Positions 8,905-17,160 of a stretch of DNA of 64,000 nucleotides are shown here, piece by piece. Numbering within the stretch: position 1 is the first letter of the stretch; each line of letters opens with the position of its first letter. The notes under the pieces were generated by a model that was given only the letters and a program-made list of their open reading frames with translations, was not told the origin of the DNA and searched no databases. The stretch is from assembly GCA_030639305.1 (NCBI GenBank), contig DAOWCY010000012.1, positions 954 through 64,953 of the forward strand. Reading direction: 5' to 3'. This DNA is from Candidatus Aminicenantes bacterium (lineage in GTDB: Bacteria; Acidobacteriota; Aminicenantia; UBA2199). The translations under genes and the position numbers were made by a program.

Positions 8905-10025
8905 GCAATAAAATTTTATTGGTAGACGACGAAAAATTGTTTTTACAGAGCTTAAAACAGGGCCTGGATCATCTTAACGATACGGTGGAAACGGATATTT
9001 GTTTTTCTGTAGCCGAGGCCATCAAACGTTTAAAAAAGGCCGATTATGAGCTAATCATAACCGATATCCGTATGCCCGGCAAATCGGGGATAGACCTGCT
9101 GCTCTATCTAAAGATGAATGATTTTTCCGGCGCTGTCAAAGTGATGTCCGCTTATACCACAGACGATACCCTGAAAAAAATCAATTCCCTGGGCATTCTC
9201 GACGTGATTAGCAAACCTTTCGATTTCGAGTGGTTCGAAGGCATGATCGTCGATTTTTTCAAAAAAAGGAAAGAAACCGCGGTGACTTTCGAATCCATCG
9301 ATTTGTTGAGCGTCATGCAGGTCATCAACTTAGACAAGAATACCTCGGCCTTAGAAATAGAGATCGAAGATAAAAAAGGGATGATATATTTCGAGGATGG
9401 CGAGATGACAGATGCGGAATACCTGGGTTTAAGGGGAAAAGAAGCGGTCTTAAAATTGATTGCCCAACGTAAAGGAAATATATTAGTAAAAAAGATCAAA
9501 AATAAAATCGAAAGAACCATAAATGTGCCCTTCGTCGAATTTATGCTGGACATGATGAAGCAGATAGATGAATACAGGAACGGAGGGGCAGCGGAACCGG
9601 GAACAGCACCCGAAGAAGATGAAATTTTGGTTTTATTAAAAAATAACAACATCGAGGAGGATAATATGATGTATGGTAAAGAAGTCTTGACCGTCCTCAA
9701 ACGGGACGTCGAAGGACTGATGGTCGCTTCGATTTTCGGTAGGGACGGTCTCCCCGTCGTGGTTGAGAACCCGGAAAATCTTGACATCGATGCTTTTTCA
9801 GCCAAGTTCGCCATGGTGAACGCCCTGGTATCGAAAAGTGTGAAAGACCTTTCCGGCGGCAAGGTGTCGGAAATCCTGGTGGAAGAAGAGAATGGCTGGA
9901 TCCTGGTACGGCCTATAACGGGTACGGATATGATGTTGATCGTGGCCGTTTCCTCTAATGCCACTTTAGGCAATGTGCGTTTTGTCGCCAAGAAGCTGGT
10001 GGCCGACCTGGAAAAAATGAGCTAA
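8901..10025 (+). CDS. Receiver - DUF4388 - Roadblock/LC7 (MglB-like) fusion
   Basis: LLVDDE/IITDIRMPG/SKPF receiver; DLLSVMQVINLDK...GMIYFEDGEMTDA DUF4388; VEGLMVASIFGRDGL...ATLGNVRF Roadblock. Confidence 0.85.
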   Translation: MSNKILLVDDEKLFLQSLKQGLDHLNDTVETDICFSVAEAIKRLKKADYELIITDIRMPGKSGIDLLLYLKMNDFSGAVKVMSAYTTDDTLKKINSLGILDVISKPFDFEWFEGMIVDFFKKRKETAVTFESIDLLSVMQVINLDKNTSALEIEIEDKKGMIYFEDGEMTDAEYLGLRGKEAVLKLIAQRKGNILVKKIKNKIERTINVPFVEFMLDMMKQIDEYRNGGAAEPGTAPEEDEILVLLKNNNIEEDNMMYGKEVLTVLKRDVEGLMVASIFGRDGLPVVVENPENLDIDAFSAKFAMVNALVSKSVKDLSGGKVSEILVEEENGWILVRPITGTDMMLIVAVSSNATLGNVRFVAKKLVADLEKMS

Positions 10026-10051
10026 GTTTTTAGAAATTTAGGAGGATTAAC

Positions 10052-10522
10052 ATGGCTACAGAAGAACAAAAAAAGAAACAATTGGTCAGGGTTTTCTCCC
10101 TTATGATCGGGGGCTTGGCCAAAGGTATTTACGATTTATTTGAAGATTCCGCTTATGCATTAATGAAGTCGGTAGGCGAGAATTTATTGGATGTGATGCA
10201 GAAAGAAATGGGACTGGAAATAGAAGGCGAAGACCCCGCCGATATGTTAAACGAACTGCTGCGCATCTGGGTGGATGAAATCGGTTTCATCGAGGAAGCC
10301 AAAGTGGAAGAAACCGAAAACGGTTGGGTCGTAACCGGCAGTGGCTGCAAAGGCTGGAACCTGACGCAAAAATTATTGGCCAGCGGGATTAAAGAACCCT
10401 TTACCTGTCCCATCATGAATTCCATGAACGCGGGCCTCGGTAAAATGGGCGTAAAAACCCATATACACATCGAACCCCTACCGAAAGTCAGGGGTACTAA
10501 GTTTACCCTGACAAAGGCGTAG
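10052..10522 (+). CDS. Hypothetical protein, V4R / small-ligand-binding-like
   Basis: Helical N-terminus, then GC...CPI cysteines and a terminal beta strand; strong AGGAGGA RBS; fold call is by pattern only. Confidence 0.5.
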   Translation: MATEEQKKKQLVRVFSLMIGGLAKGIYDLFEDSAYALMKSVGENLLDVMQKEMGLEIEGEDPADMLNELLRIWVDEIGFIEEAKVEETENGWVVTGSGCKGWNLTQKLLASGIKEPFTCPIMNSMNAGLGKMGVKTHIHIEPLPKVRGTKFTLTKA

Positions 10523-10531
10523 AGAATGCAC

Positions 10532-10598
10532 GTAGGGGTTTGATCCAGCAAACCCGGAGAACCGCGGCGGCGTAAAATTGTGCGTCGCCGCAGTTCTC
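10532..10598. repeat. GTAG-type REP hairpin plus a second GC-rich hairpin inside the operon
   Basis: GTAG-GGGTTTG..CAAACCC; GAGAACCGCGGCGGCG..CGTCGCCGCAGTTCTC. Confidence 0.65.
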
Positions 10599-10625
10599 GG
10601 CGGGTAGTTAACATTTGATTTTAAA

Positions 10626-11951
10626 ATGTACCGGGAAGATAACATGGATGTGAAACGATTAGAAACAGCGGAAGAAATCCTATTCTTTAAAAGAAACGAT
10701 ACCCTGACCCACCAGCAGGACCAGTATTACCAGGACCTTTTTTACCGGGTGCTGAAAATCGGCACCGAATTAGAATTCGCCAGACCGAGAAAAGTAGACG
10801 TCAACGAACTGCGCGGCGATATCATAAAATTAATGAAACCTTCCCGCGACCTGCAAAACTTAGGCGAATTAGGCGTCTTCGATGTGGTGAAAGACCACTG
10901 CGGCGTAGAAGTGCAGGTGATAGGCAGGCATCCTCACTGGAATGCCCTGCTGGACCAGTACTACCGCATCGTCTCCATCCTGCTGGAAAGGAATGTCAGG
11001 ATAAGACCCACCTGCGGTTTGCACTTCCATCTTATTGCCGTGGGCCTGTCCGAATCCATCCCCGATATCATCCTGGCCAACCTGTGGAACCTCTTCCGCC
11101 GTCATGCCCCGGGTTTAAAGTTCATGTTCAGCGGCGGCAGCGACCCCATGGGCATCTGCCGCCGCCGCCAGCACAATCCCCACCAGGAGGTCATGGCCCT
11201 GTCGCCCAACGACTTCCCCATGGCCCAAATCAAAGAAAAACTCACAAACAGCCTGCTGGTGCCGGAACACCAGAATGTGTTTAACCTGGAACATTTGTTT
11301 TTTAACGGTAATGGACACCTGGGCAACTTCCACATCGAAATGCGTTTCCCCGACGGCGACCTGGCCCCCACCTCCATTGTTGCCAAAACCTTCCTCTTCT
11401 TTGCCTTAGTGCTGAAAGCCGTGGAAATATCCAAATACGGCCTGATCCGCACCGGGGCAGAAGCCGACTGGCAGCGCAAAAAACAACTGCTGAACGCCTT
11501 GAGCAATAACGAAGGCAACCTGGCTATGAGCGACACTTCCGGCATCGGCCCAGCCGAAATTAGCGAACTGCAAGATAATGCCTTAGACCTGTTGATTTTT
11601 CTCAAATCCATATTTAATAAGTTCACCAACCCCGCTTATACGGTTCTCAAAAGCCTGGCTCTCAACCCCATCTCTTTGCGGAGAATCGAAAAAGATGATT
11701 GGATCGTCATCGAGAACGACCTGAGCAGCAAAGCCAGGTATCCCCAATTTCTCGATAAAACCGACGCGAATATTATCAAAATCATCGAATTGGGCTTAGA
11801 AAGGAATAAAACCTCGGCAGCGGAATGGCTGGCTCATACGTCAATTAGGATCAATCTCCCCGAACAGGAACTCAAACAAAGAATCGACCGCTATATCGAA
11901 AAGTATCCTATCTGGGACAATGAATCGGGCTCTTTTGCCTTTCTAAGGTAG
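10626..11951 (+). CDS. Putative amidoligase (Amidoligase_2; COOH-NH2 ligase of the glutamine synthetase/gamma-GCS fold)
   Basis: KIGTELEF, GVEVQV, PTCGLHFHL, HIEMRFPD motifs; alternative start 10644. Confidence 0.8.
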   Translation: MYREDNMDVKRLETAEEILFFKRNDTLTHQQDQYYQDLFYRVLKIGTELEFARPRKVDVNELRGDIIKLMKPSRDLQNLGELGVFDVVKDHCGVEVQVIGRHPHWNALLDQYYRIVSILLERNVRIRPTCGLHFHLIAVGLSESIPDIILANLWNLFRRHAPGLKFMFSGGSDPMGICRRRQHNPHQEVMALSPNDFPMAQIKEKLTNSLLVPEHQNVFNLEHLFFNGNGHLGNFHIEMRFPDGDLAPTSIVAKTFLFFALVLKAVEISKYGLIRTGAEADWQRKKQLLNALSNNEGNLAMSDTSGIGPAEISELQDNALDLLIFLKSIFNKFTNPAYTVLKSLALNPISLRRIEKDDWIVIENDLSSKARYPQFLDKTDANIIKIIELGLERNKTSAAEWLAHTSIRINLPEQELKQRIDRYIEKYPIWDNESGSFAFLR

Positions 11952-11959
11952 GCAGCGTC

Positions 11960-12766
11960 ATGTGTGGATTAACCGGCATTCTCATCGGCAAAACCTACTC
12001 GGAAAAGGAACTGCTGCAGGTAAAAGAACTCTTTACCCGCACCCTGCTGGCCCACGAAGAAAGGGGCCGGGAAGCCACCGGGGCAATAGCTCTCCGCCCC
12101 GACGGCAGTTACACCATGATCAAAGAACCGCAGCCGGCCTGCGAGTTCATCGAAACCGGCAAGTACCGGGATTTTCTCGACACCTGGGATAGTAGTGTCT
12201 GCACCATCTTAGGACATACCCGCAAACCCACCAAAGGGAGCCGCTGGAACCCCCTCAACAACCACCCCGTCATCGTAGGGGAGACAGTAGGCATTCATAA
12301 CGGCACCATCAGCAACGACGACTCCATTTTTGAAAAGGAAGAATTCCACCGGAACGGCGAAGTGGACAGCGAAGTGATATTCTCCCTGCTCAACAGTATC
12401 CCCGGGAACAAGAAAAACGACCGCGCCGGGTTCGCAGCGGCAATACAAACCTGCACCGCCAAACTAACCGGTTCATTTACCACTATTTCTCTTAGTTTCA
12501 AAGAACCGCGCAAACTGCTGCTGCTGAAATACAACCAGCCCCTCTCCTACCATTACTCCAAAAACCTGGACACCTTTTTTTTTACCTCCCGCTACATTTT
12601 CCTGCGCAAAGCTTTCGGCCGCTCCGTGGTGACAGAGGCTATGCCCGGCAGGACAGCTTTTATCTTCGACCTCTCCAACGTCTCCCTGCCCCGGGGCGGC
12701 CCCATTTCCCAGTTTTCCATCTCCGCGGCGGAAGAAAAAACCGCCGCCGGCGAGGTGAAAAAATAA
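11960..12766 (+). CDS. Class II (Ntn) glutamine amidotransferase, standalone
   Basis: MCGLTG N-terminal Cys, LGHTR, NHP, HNGTI, DSEVI. Confidence 0.9.
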   Translation: MCGLTGILIGKTYSEKELLQVKELFTRTLLAHEERGREATGAIALRPDGSYTMIKEPQPACEFIETGKYRDFLDTWDSSVCTILGHTRKPTKGSRWNPLNNHPVIVGETVGIHNGTISNDDSIFEKEEFHRNGEVDSEVIFSLLNSIPGNKKNDRAGFAAAIQTCTAKLTGSFTTISLSFKEPRKLLLLKYNQPLSYHYSKNLDTFFFTSRYIFLRKAFGRSVVTEAMPGRTAFIFDLSNVSLPRGGPISQFSISAAEEKTAAGEVKK

Positions 12767-12795
12767 GGAAAACCATTACAAATAGGAGGTTTGAT

Positions 12796-13833
12796 ATGGA
12801 ATTATCGAAAGAAGAGCAAAAGAAAGAAGAAAACCACCCACTAAGCATTTATAACATTTGCGGAAAAATCGATCTCGGTATTTTAATACTGGATTCTAAA
12901 AAAAAGGAAATTATTTTTTCAAACCACTATTATAAAAAACTGGCCGGCGATTCCCAGCGGTTGATATTGGATAATATTTTTAAATGTTTGCAGTCGAAAA
13001 ATATCCGTATGCACCGGGAAGTCGATATCCCCGGTGTTTTAATCGGTTACTCGGTCTATCGAGCAGCGCCGGAAGAATATTTAATTTTAATGAGCGACAT
13101 TTCCAACCGCAAGATTTTTTTAGAAACCAGGGAGGAAAACCTCTACTATTCCAAATTAGCGAACTTTATGGCGGAAATATCCCATGAAATCGGCAACCCG
13201 CTCACCTCTGTTATCACTACTCTCCAGGTGCTTTTGAAGAATATCCCGGCCTGGAACAGCGAACAAAAAGGAGACTATATCAACCAATCCATCGATGAAC
13301 TTAAGCGCTTATCGAAGTTTCTAAGCAAAGTACGCCATCTCTCCGAAGAAGATAAAATCGAAAAAAAGAAAATCTTTTTGGAACCGGTGTTAGAACGGCT
13401 TTATTTGCAAAACAGGGCTTTGTTGGCAGCCGGCAGCGTATCCTTTACTTATGATATAGATAAAAAAATTGCCGTGGTGGCTGACGAAGACGCTCTATAC
13501 CGGGTGTTTTTTAATCTTTTGCAAAATTCCTTAGACAGCCTGCCGGGCACGGGCACAGAGGCGATGATTTCCGTACACATCGAAAAAGCGGACGATTTTT
13601 TTGTCAAGCTGGTTTATGAAAACAACGGCCCCCCCATCTCTTATGATAAGTTAGAGAAAATATTTTTGCCTTTTGTCACTACCAGGGAAGCAGGCAGGGG
13701 CATGGGTTTGAATATTTCGCGAAAATTGATGACCCGCATGGGCGGCGCCATTAAAGCGGAAATGCCCGCCGGGGAAGGCAGCCTCGGAGTTAGGTTTGTC
13801 TTATATATCCCTATACAGGAGGAGGGTTCATGA
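12796..13833 (+). CDS. Cytoplasmic histidine kinase with degenerate PAS-like N-terminus
   Basis: EISHEIGNPL, NLLQNS, FLPFVTT, GRGMGL; atypical G1 box ENNGPP. Confidence 0.9.
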   Translation: MELSKEEQKKEENHPLSIYNICGKIDLGILILDSKKKEIIFSNHYYKKLAGDSQRLILDNIFKCLQSKNIRMHREVDIPGVLIGYSVYRAAPEEYLILMSDISNRKIFLETREENLYYSKLANFMAEISHEIGNPLTSVITTLQVLLKNIPAWNSEQKGDYINQSIDELKRLSKFLSKVRHLSEEDKIEKKKIFLEPVLERLYLQNRALLAAGSVSFTYDIDKKIAVVADEDALYRVFFNLLQNSLDSLPGTGTEAMISVHIEKADDFFVKLVYENNGPPISYDKLEKIFLPFVTTREAGRGMGLNISRKLMTRMGGAIKAEMPAGEGSLGVRFVLYIPIQEEGS

Positions 13834-14102
13834 AAGGGCAGTCGGTCGAGGGGCCGCAGCCGATAAAAGAGGAAGAAATGATTTCTTCGCCATCGAAAAA
13901 TCTCCACAGGGAAGAAAGGTTTTGCCTCGTGGCTCATGAGTTGATCGATATTTTCACTATTATCTGCGGGTATAGCGAATTATCCCTGGAAACGCTAACC
14001 GAAGGCACAAAAGAGAAGAAGAATTTGAAAAAGGTCCTGGCCGCGGCGGACCGTGGCATAGAGATGATCGGGAATTATTTTAGCGCATCCGAACGTTGTT
14101 AA
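13830..14102 (+). CDS. Standalone HisKA-like (phosphoacceptor/dimerisation) mini-protein
   Basis: VAHELIDIFTIICGYSELSLE...LKKVLAAADRG resembles an H-box helix pair; no ATPase domain; ATGA overlap with the kinase. Confidence 0.6.
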   Translation: MKGQSVEGPQPIKEEEMISSPSKNLHREERFCLVAHELIDIFTIICGYSELSLETLTEGTKEKKNLKKVLAAADRGIEMIGNYFSASERC

Positions 14103-14120
14103 TATGAGTGCCTTCTAATT

Positions 14121-14246
14121 CAAAAAATGCTGCAAAACAAGACTTGACCCCGATAGTTTTTTAAAAATGTTGCAAAACAAGACTTGACCCCGTTAATTTT
14201 TTAACATTCCTCAAAAATGTTGCAAAACAAGACTTGACCCCGTTAA
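14121..14246 (+). repeat. Repeat family A, three near-tandem copies
   Basis: GACTTGACCC at 14141, 14181 and 14231. Confidence 0.95.
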
Positions 14247-14354
14247 TTTTACCGCCTATGTTAAAAAAAATGAAGCCTCATGAAGAGTGGCTTCCAGACT
14301 GGATGTTGGAGATGGCGGCATGAAAAAAAATGGGGTGACGACAGTTAAAAATCC

Positions 14355-14383
14355 TTGACTCTTTTTCCTGGCAGTGCTATAAT
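14355..14383 (+). promoter_or_regulatory. Strong sigma70 promoter with extended -10
   Basis: TTGACT-N17-TATAAT preceded by TGC. Confidence 0.75.
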
Positions 14384-14447
14384 GAGTTCGTTAAACATAA
14401 AAAATTATACCTTTATTATTTGTTAATAAAATAGTTAAGGAAAGGAT

Positions 14448-15377
14448 GTGAATTTGAACCGTAGAAATTATGAACTTATAACTACAGCAGTACTCCTTGC
14501 AGCCGGTACGGGGAGTCGCCTGTATCCTTTGACGAAGAACATGCCTAAATGTCTTACAATGGTTAACGGGACGTCCATACTTGAACGACTTGTCATCTGT
14601 TTGAATCAGCAAGGCTTCAAGCGCCTTGTTGTGGTCACAGGGTACCTGGAAAATAGTATTCGGGAGTATCTAAAAACGCGGGCTGGCGGTATGACAATCG
14701 ATTATATTTTCAGTCCGCTTTATAAGACGACCAATAACATATATTCACTATGGATGGCCCGTGAAATTATTAATGAGCCGTTTTTGTTGGTCGAAAGCGA
14801 TCTTGTTTTTGACGAATCCCTGTTGGATGACATGCGTGATCCTGACAGAATTGCCATTGCAAGCATGGAGGCGTGGATGAACGGTTCCACCGTAACAGTC
14901 AATCAATCTCAACAGGTTAAGAGATTCCAAATCGGTATTACCGGGCCTTTGGATGAGATCAGGTACAAGACTGTTAATATTTACAGTTTTTCGCTCTCTT
15001 CATGGCATGCTATTGTAGAAAGACTTGACGAGTACATTTCAGACGGCAGAGTAAACTGCTATTATGAAACCGTATTTGAGGAAATGGTGGCTGACGGCAG
15101 CCTCTGTCTTCAAACAGTCTCTTTTGATGCTAACCCCTGGTATGAAATAGACACAATTGCGGATCTGGAAGAAGCTGAGAGACTATTTCCAGCAGATAAA
15201 CTTGAAACAATAATTCCTTACTCGGAAACGGAAACGGTTACTCGTTCACTTCCCGGTTTAAGAGCATCCCCTCAGTCCAATTTTTTATTTATGAAGCCGA
15301 TTCATGATCCTAATATTAAAGAAAATAAAGTATCACCAAAAGAAAAATCAAAAAGAAGTGGATATGGCGCATTATAA
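14448..15377 (+). CDS. Phosphocholine/phosphoethanolamine cytidylyltransferase family (LicC-like NTP transferase)
   Basis: LAAGTGSRLYPLTKNMPKCL, YKTTNNIYSLW, LVESDLVF, WYEIDTIADL; GTG start. Confidence 0.85.
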   Translation: MNLNRRNYELITTAVLLAAGTGSRLYPLTKNMPKCLTMVNGTSILERLVICLNQQGFKRLVVVTGYLENSIREYLKTRAGGMTIDYIFSPLYKTTNNIYSLWMAREIINEPFLLVESDLVFDESLLDDMRDPDRIAIASMEAWMNGSTVTVNQSQQVKRFQIGITGPLDEIRYKTVNIYSFSLSSWHAIVERLDEYISDGRVNCYYETVFEEMVADGSLCLQTVSFDANPWYEIDTIADLEEAERLFPADKLETIIPYSETETVTRSLPGLRASPQSNFLFMKPIHDPNIKENKVSPKEKSKRSGYGAL

Positions 15378-16485
15378 TTATAAGACTCAAACGGAAAAAT
15401 ACGAATTCATCTCCGGGCAGCATGGTGGTTACTATCGTCATGGTTTTATAGACCATGCTTATCTTTATAATCTCTATTTCCCTCCGGAGGCGATTTTTAC
15501 AAGATTTAAAAATCAAATCCATGACATTGTCCTGAACTACCCGGTTGCACAGGATGCTCTTGCCGCTCTTATCGGTAATCTAATCCATCAACCTGCTGAA
15601 AGAATAGTTGTAGGAAACGGCGCTTCCGAACTCATCAAAATATTATGCGGTCACATATCCGGCAAGTTAATCGTTCCGGTGCCTTCTTTTAATGAATATG
15701 CGAATGCAGCGGCGATAGGCCGGGTCGTTGAATTTCCTCTTGAATTTCCATCCTTCCATCTTGATGTGGATAAGTTCGCTGCCGAAGCGATCAGGGTTGA
15801 AGCTGATGTGGCTGTTGTGGTAACGCCTAATAATCCAACATCTATGCTGGTCCCCAGGTCCGCCCTAATATGTCTTGCACAAAAACTTGCAAATCATGAC
15901 TGTATGCTGATCGTCGATGAATCCTTCATGGATTTTGTGCAAAACCCGGAGCAGACAACCCTGGAACATGAAATCGAACGTTACCCCAATATGGCAATCT
16001 TTAAAAGCATGAGCAAAGCCTATGGTATCTGCGGTCTCAGGATCGGCTATATGCTTACAGCAAATTCAGCATTTGCCGAAACTGTACGAAAAGGCGTGCA
16101 TATCTGGAATATTAACGGATTTGCCGAAGAGTTTTTGCGGCTTTTGCCCGGTTACAGACAGGAGTTTGCCGAAAGCTGTAAACAGGTACTGATCGATAGG
16201 GACAATCTGTATGAAAACCTGTGCTCTGTCCAGGGGATGACCGTTTACAAACCCGATGCAAACTTTGTTTTCTGCCGCCTTCCCGATTATGCACAAAGTG
16301 CCCCTGAAGTAACGCGGCGATTGTTTATTGAGCATAACATGTATATAAAACACTGCCGAGACAAAACTCTCCCGGATTCCGATCGTTATATTCGTATTGC
16401 CAGCCGTACCGAAACAGAGAATTGCAATTTAGTTGAAGCATTGACAAATATCATTGACTTGAAAAAAGTGGAAATAAAAAAATAA
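15364..16485 (+). CDS. PLP-dependent class I/II enzyme (CobD/HisC-like; possible phospho-amino-acid decarboxylase)
   Basis: GNGASELI, TPNNPT, VDESFMDF, KSMSKAYGICGLRIGY. Confidence 0.85.
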   Translation: MAHYNYKTQTEKYEFISGQHGGYYRHGFIDHAYLYNLYFPPEAIFTRFKNQIHDIVLNYPVAQDALAALIGNLIHQPAERIVVGNGASELIKILCGHISGKLIVPVPSFNEYANAAAIGRVVEFPLEFPSFHLDVDKFAAEAIRVEADVAVVVTPNNPTSMLVPRSALICLAQKLANHDCMLIVDESFMDFVQNPEQTTLEHEIERYPNMAIFKSMSKAYGICGLRIGYMLTANSAFAETVRKGVHIWNINGFAEEFLRLLPGYRQEFAESCKQVLIDRDNLYENLCSVQGMTVYKPDANFVFCRLPDYAQSAPEVTRRLFIEHNMYIKHCRDKTLPDSDRYIRIASRTETENCNLVEALTNIIDLKKVEIKK

Positions 16486-17141
16486 TGAAAGATTCACAAT
16501 CTCAACAATCACAGCAGACCGGAATGCTTACTTTTGCCGGAGATCTTCCAAATATCTGTTCGCTTGCAGGGCTGTTATGTGCGCTCCTTGGTATATACTA
16601 CGCTATTCTGGGCAACTTTCCTGCTGCAATAATCGGAATGATCTGGGCTGTATTTTTTGACTGGGGTGACGGAATCATTGCCCGTCGGATGAAGGGGCGA
16701 ACTGAAGAATATCGTGCTTTCGGGGGACAGCTTGACTCGTTGATAGATATTGTAAGTTTTGGAATTCTTCCTGCTGTTCTTCTCTTGAGCTATGGAGAAT
16801 TCAGTCCCTGGTTCCTGCCGGGAGCGTTCGTGATAGTCGCGGTCAGTGCAATACGGTTGAGTTATTTCAATGTATTCGGCCTGATCGATGATTCGACTTA
16901 CATGGGATTGGCGCTTGATAATAATGTCATCATTCTTGCTTTTGTTTTCCTGTTTGACGGCTTTCTCAGTAAGACGATTTTTTCAGTCATTATATATTCG
17001 ATGTGTATGGTTATGGCTGCCTTTAATTTAGCACCGGTTCGAACACCCAAGTTTACGGGAAGGTGGTTTTATGTTCTTTTGTTTTATACCCTGGGATTGA
17101 CAGCTATCTATGGCTGGATACTGTGGAACAAATATCAATAA
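16485..17141 (+). CDS. CDP-alcohol phosphatidyltransferase
   Basis: DWGDGIIARR...GGQLDSLID signature; multiple TM segments. Confidence 0.9.
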   Translation: MKDSQSQQSQQTGMLTFAGDLPNICSLAGLLCALLGIYYAILGNFPAAIIGMIWAVFFDWGDGIIARRMKGRTEEYRAFGGQLDSLIDIVSFGILPAVLLLSYGEFSPWFLPGAFVIVAVSAIRLSYFNVFGLIDDSTYMGLALDNNVIILAFVFLFDGFLSKTIFSVIIYSMCMVMAAFNLAPVRTPKFTGRWFYVLLFYTLGLTAIYGWILWNKYQ

Positions 17142-17160
17142 AATTGAAGCAATTATTAAT

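Noticed and set aside
14258-14356. 21-codon ORF MLKKMKPHEEWLPDWMLEMAA* plus GGGGTGACGACAGT as a possible IS 3' remnant
   Set aside because: Suggestive, but too short to assign without a search.
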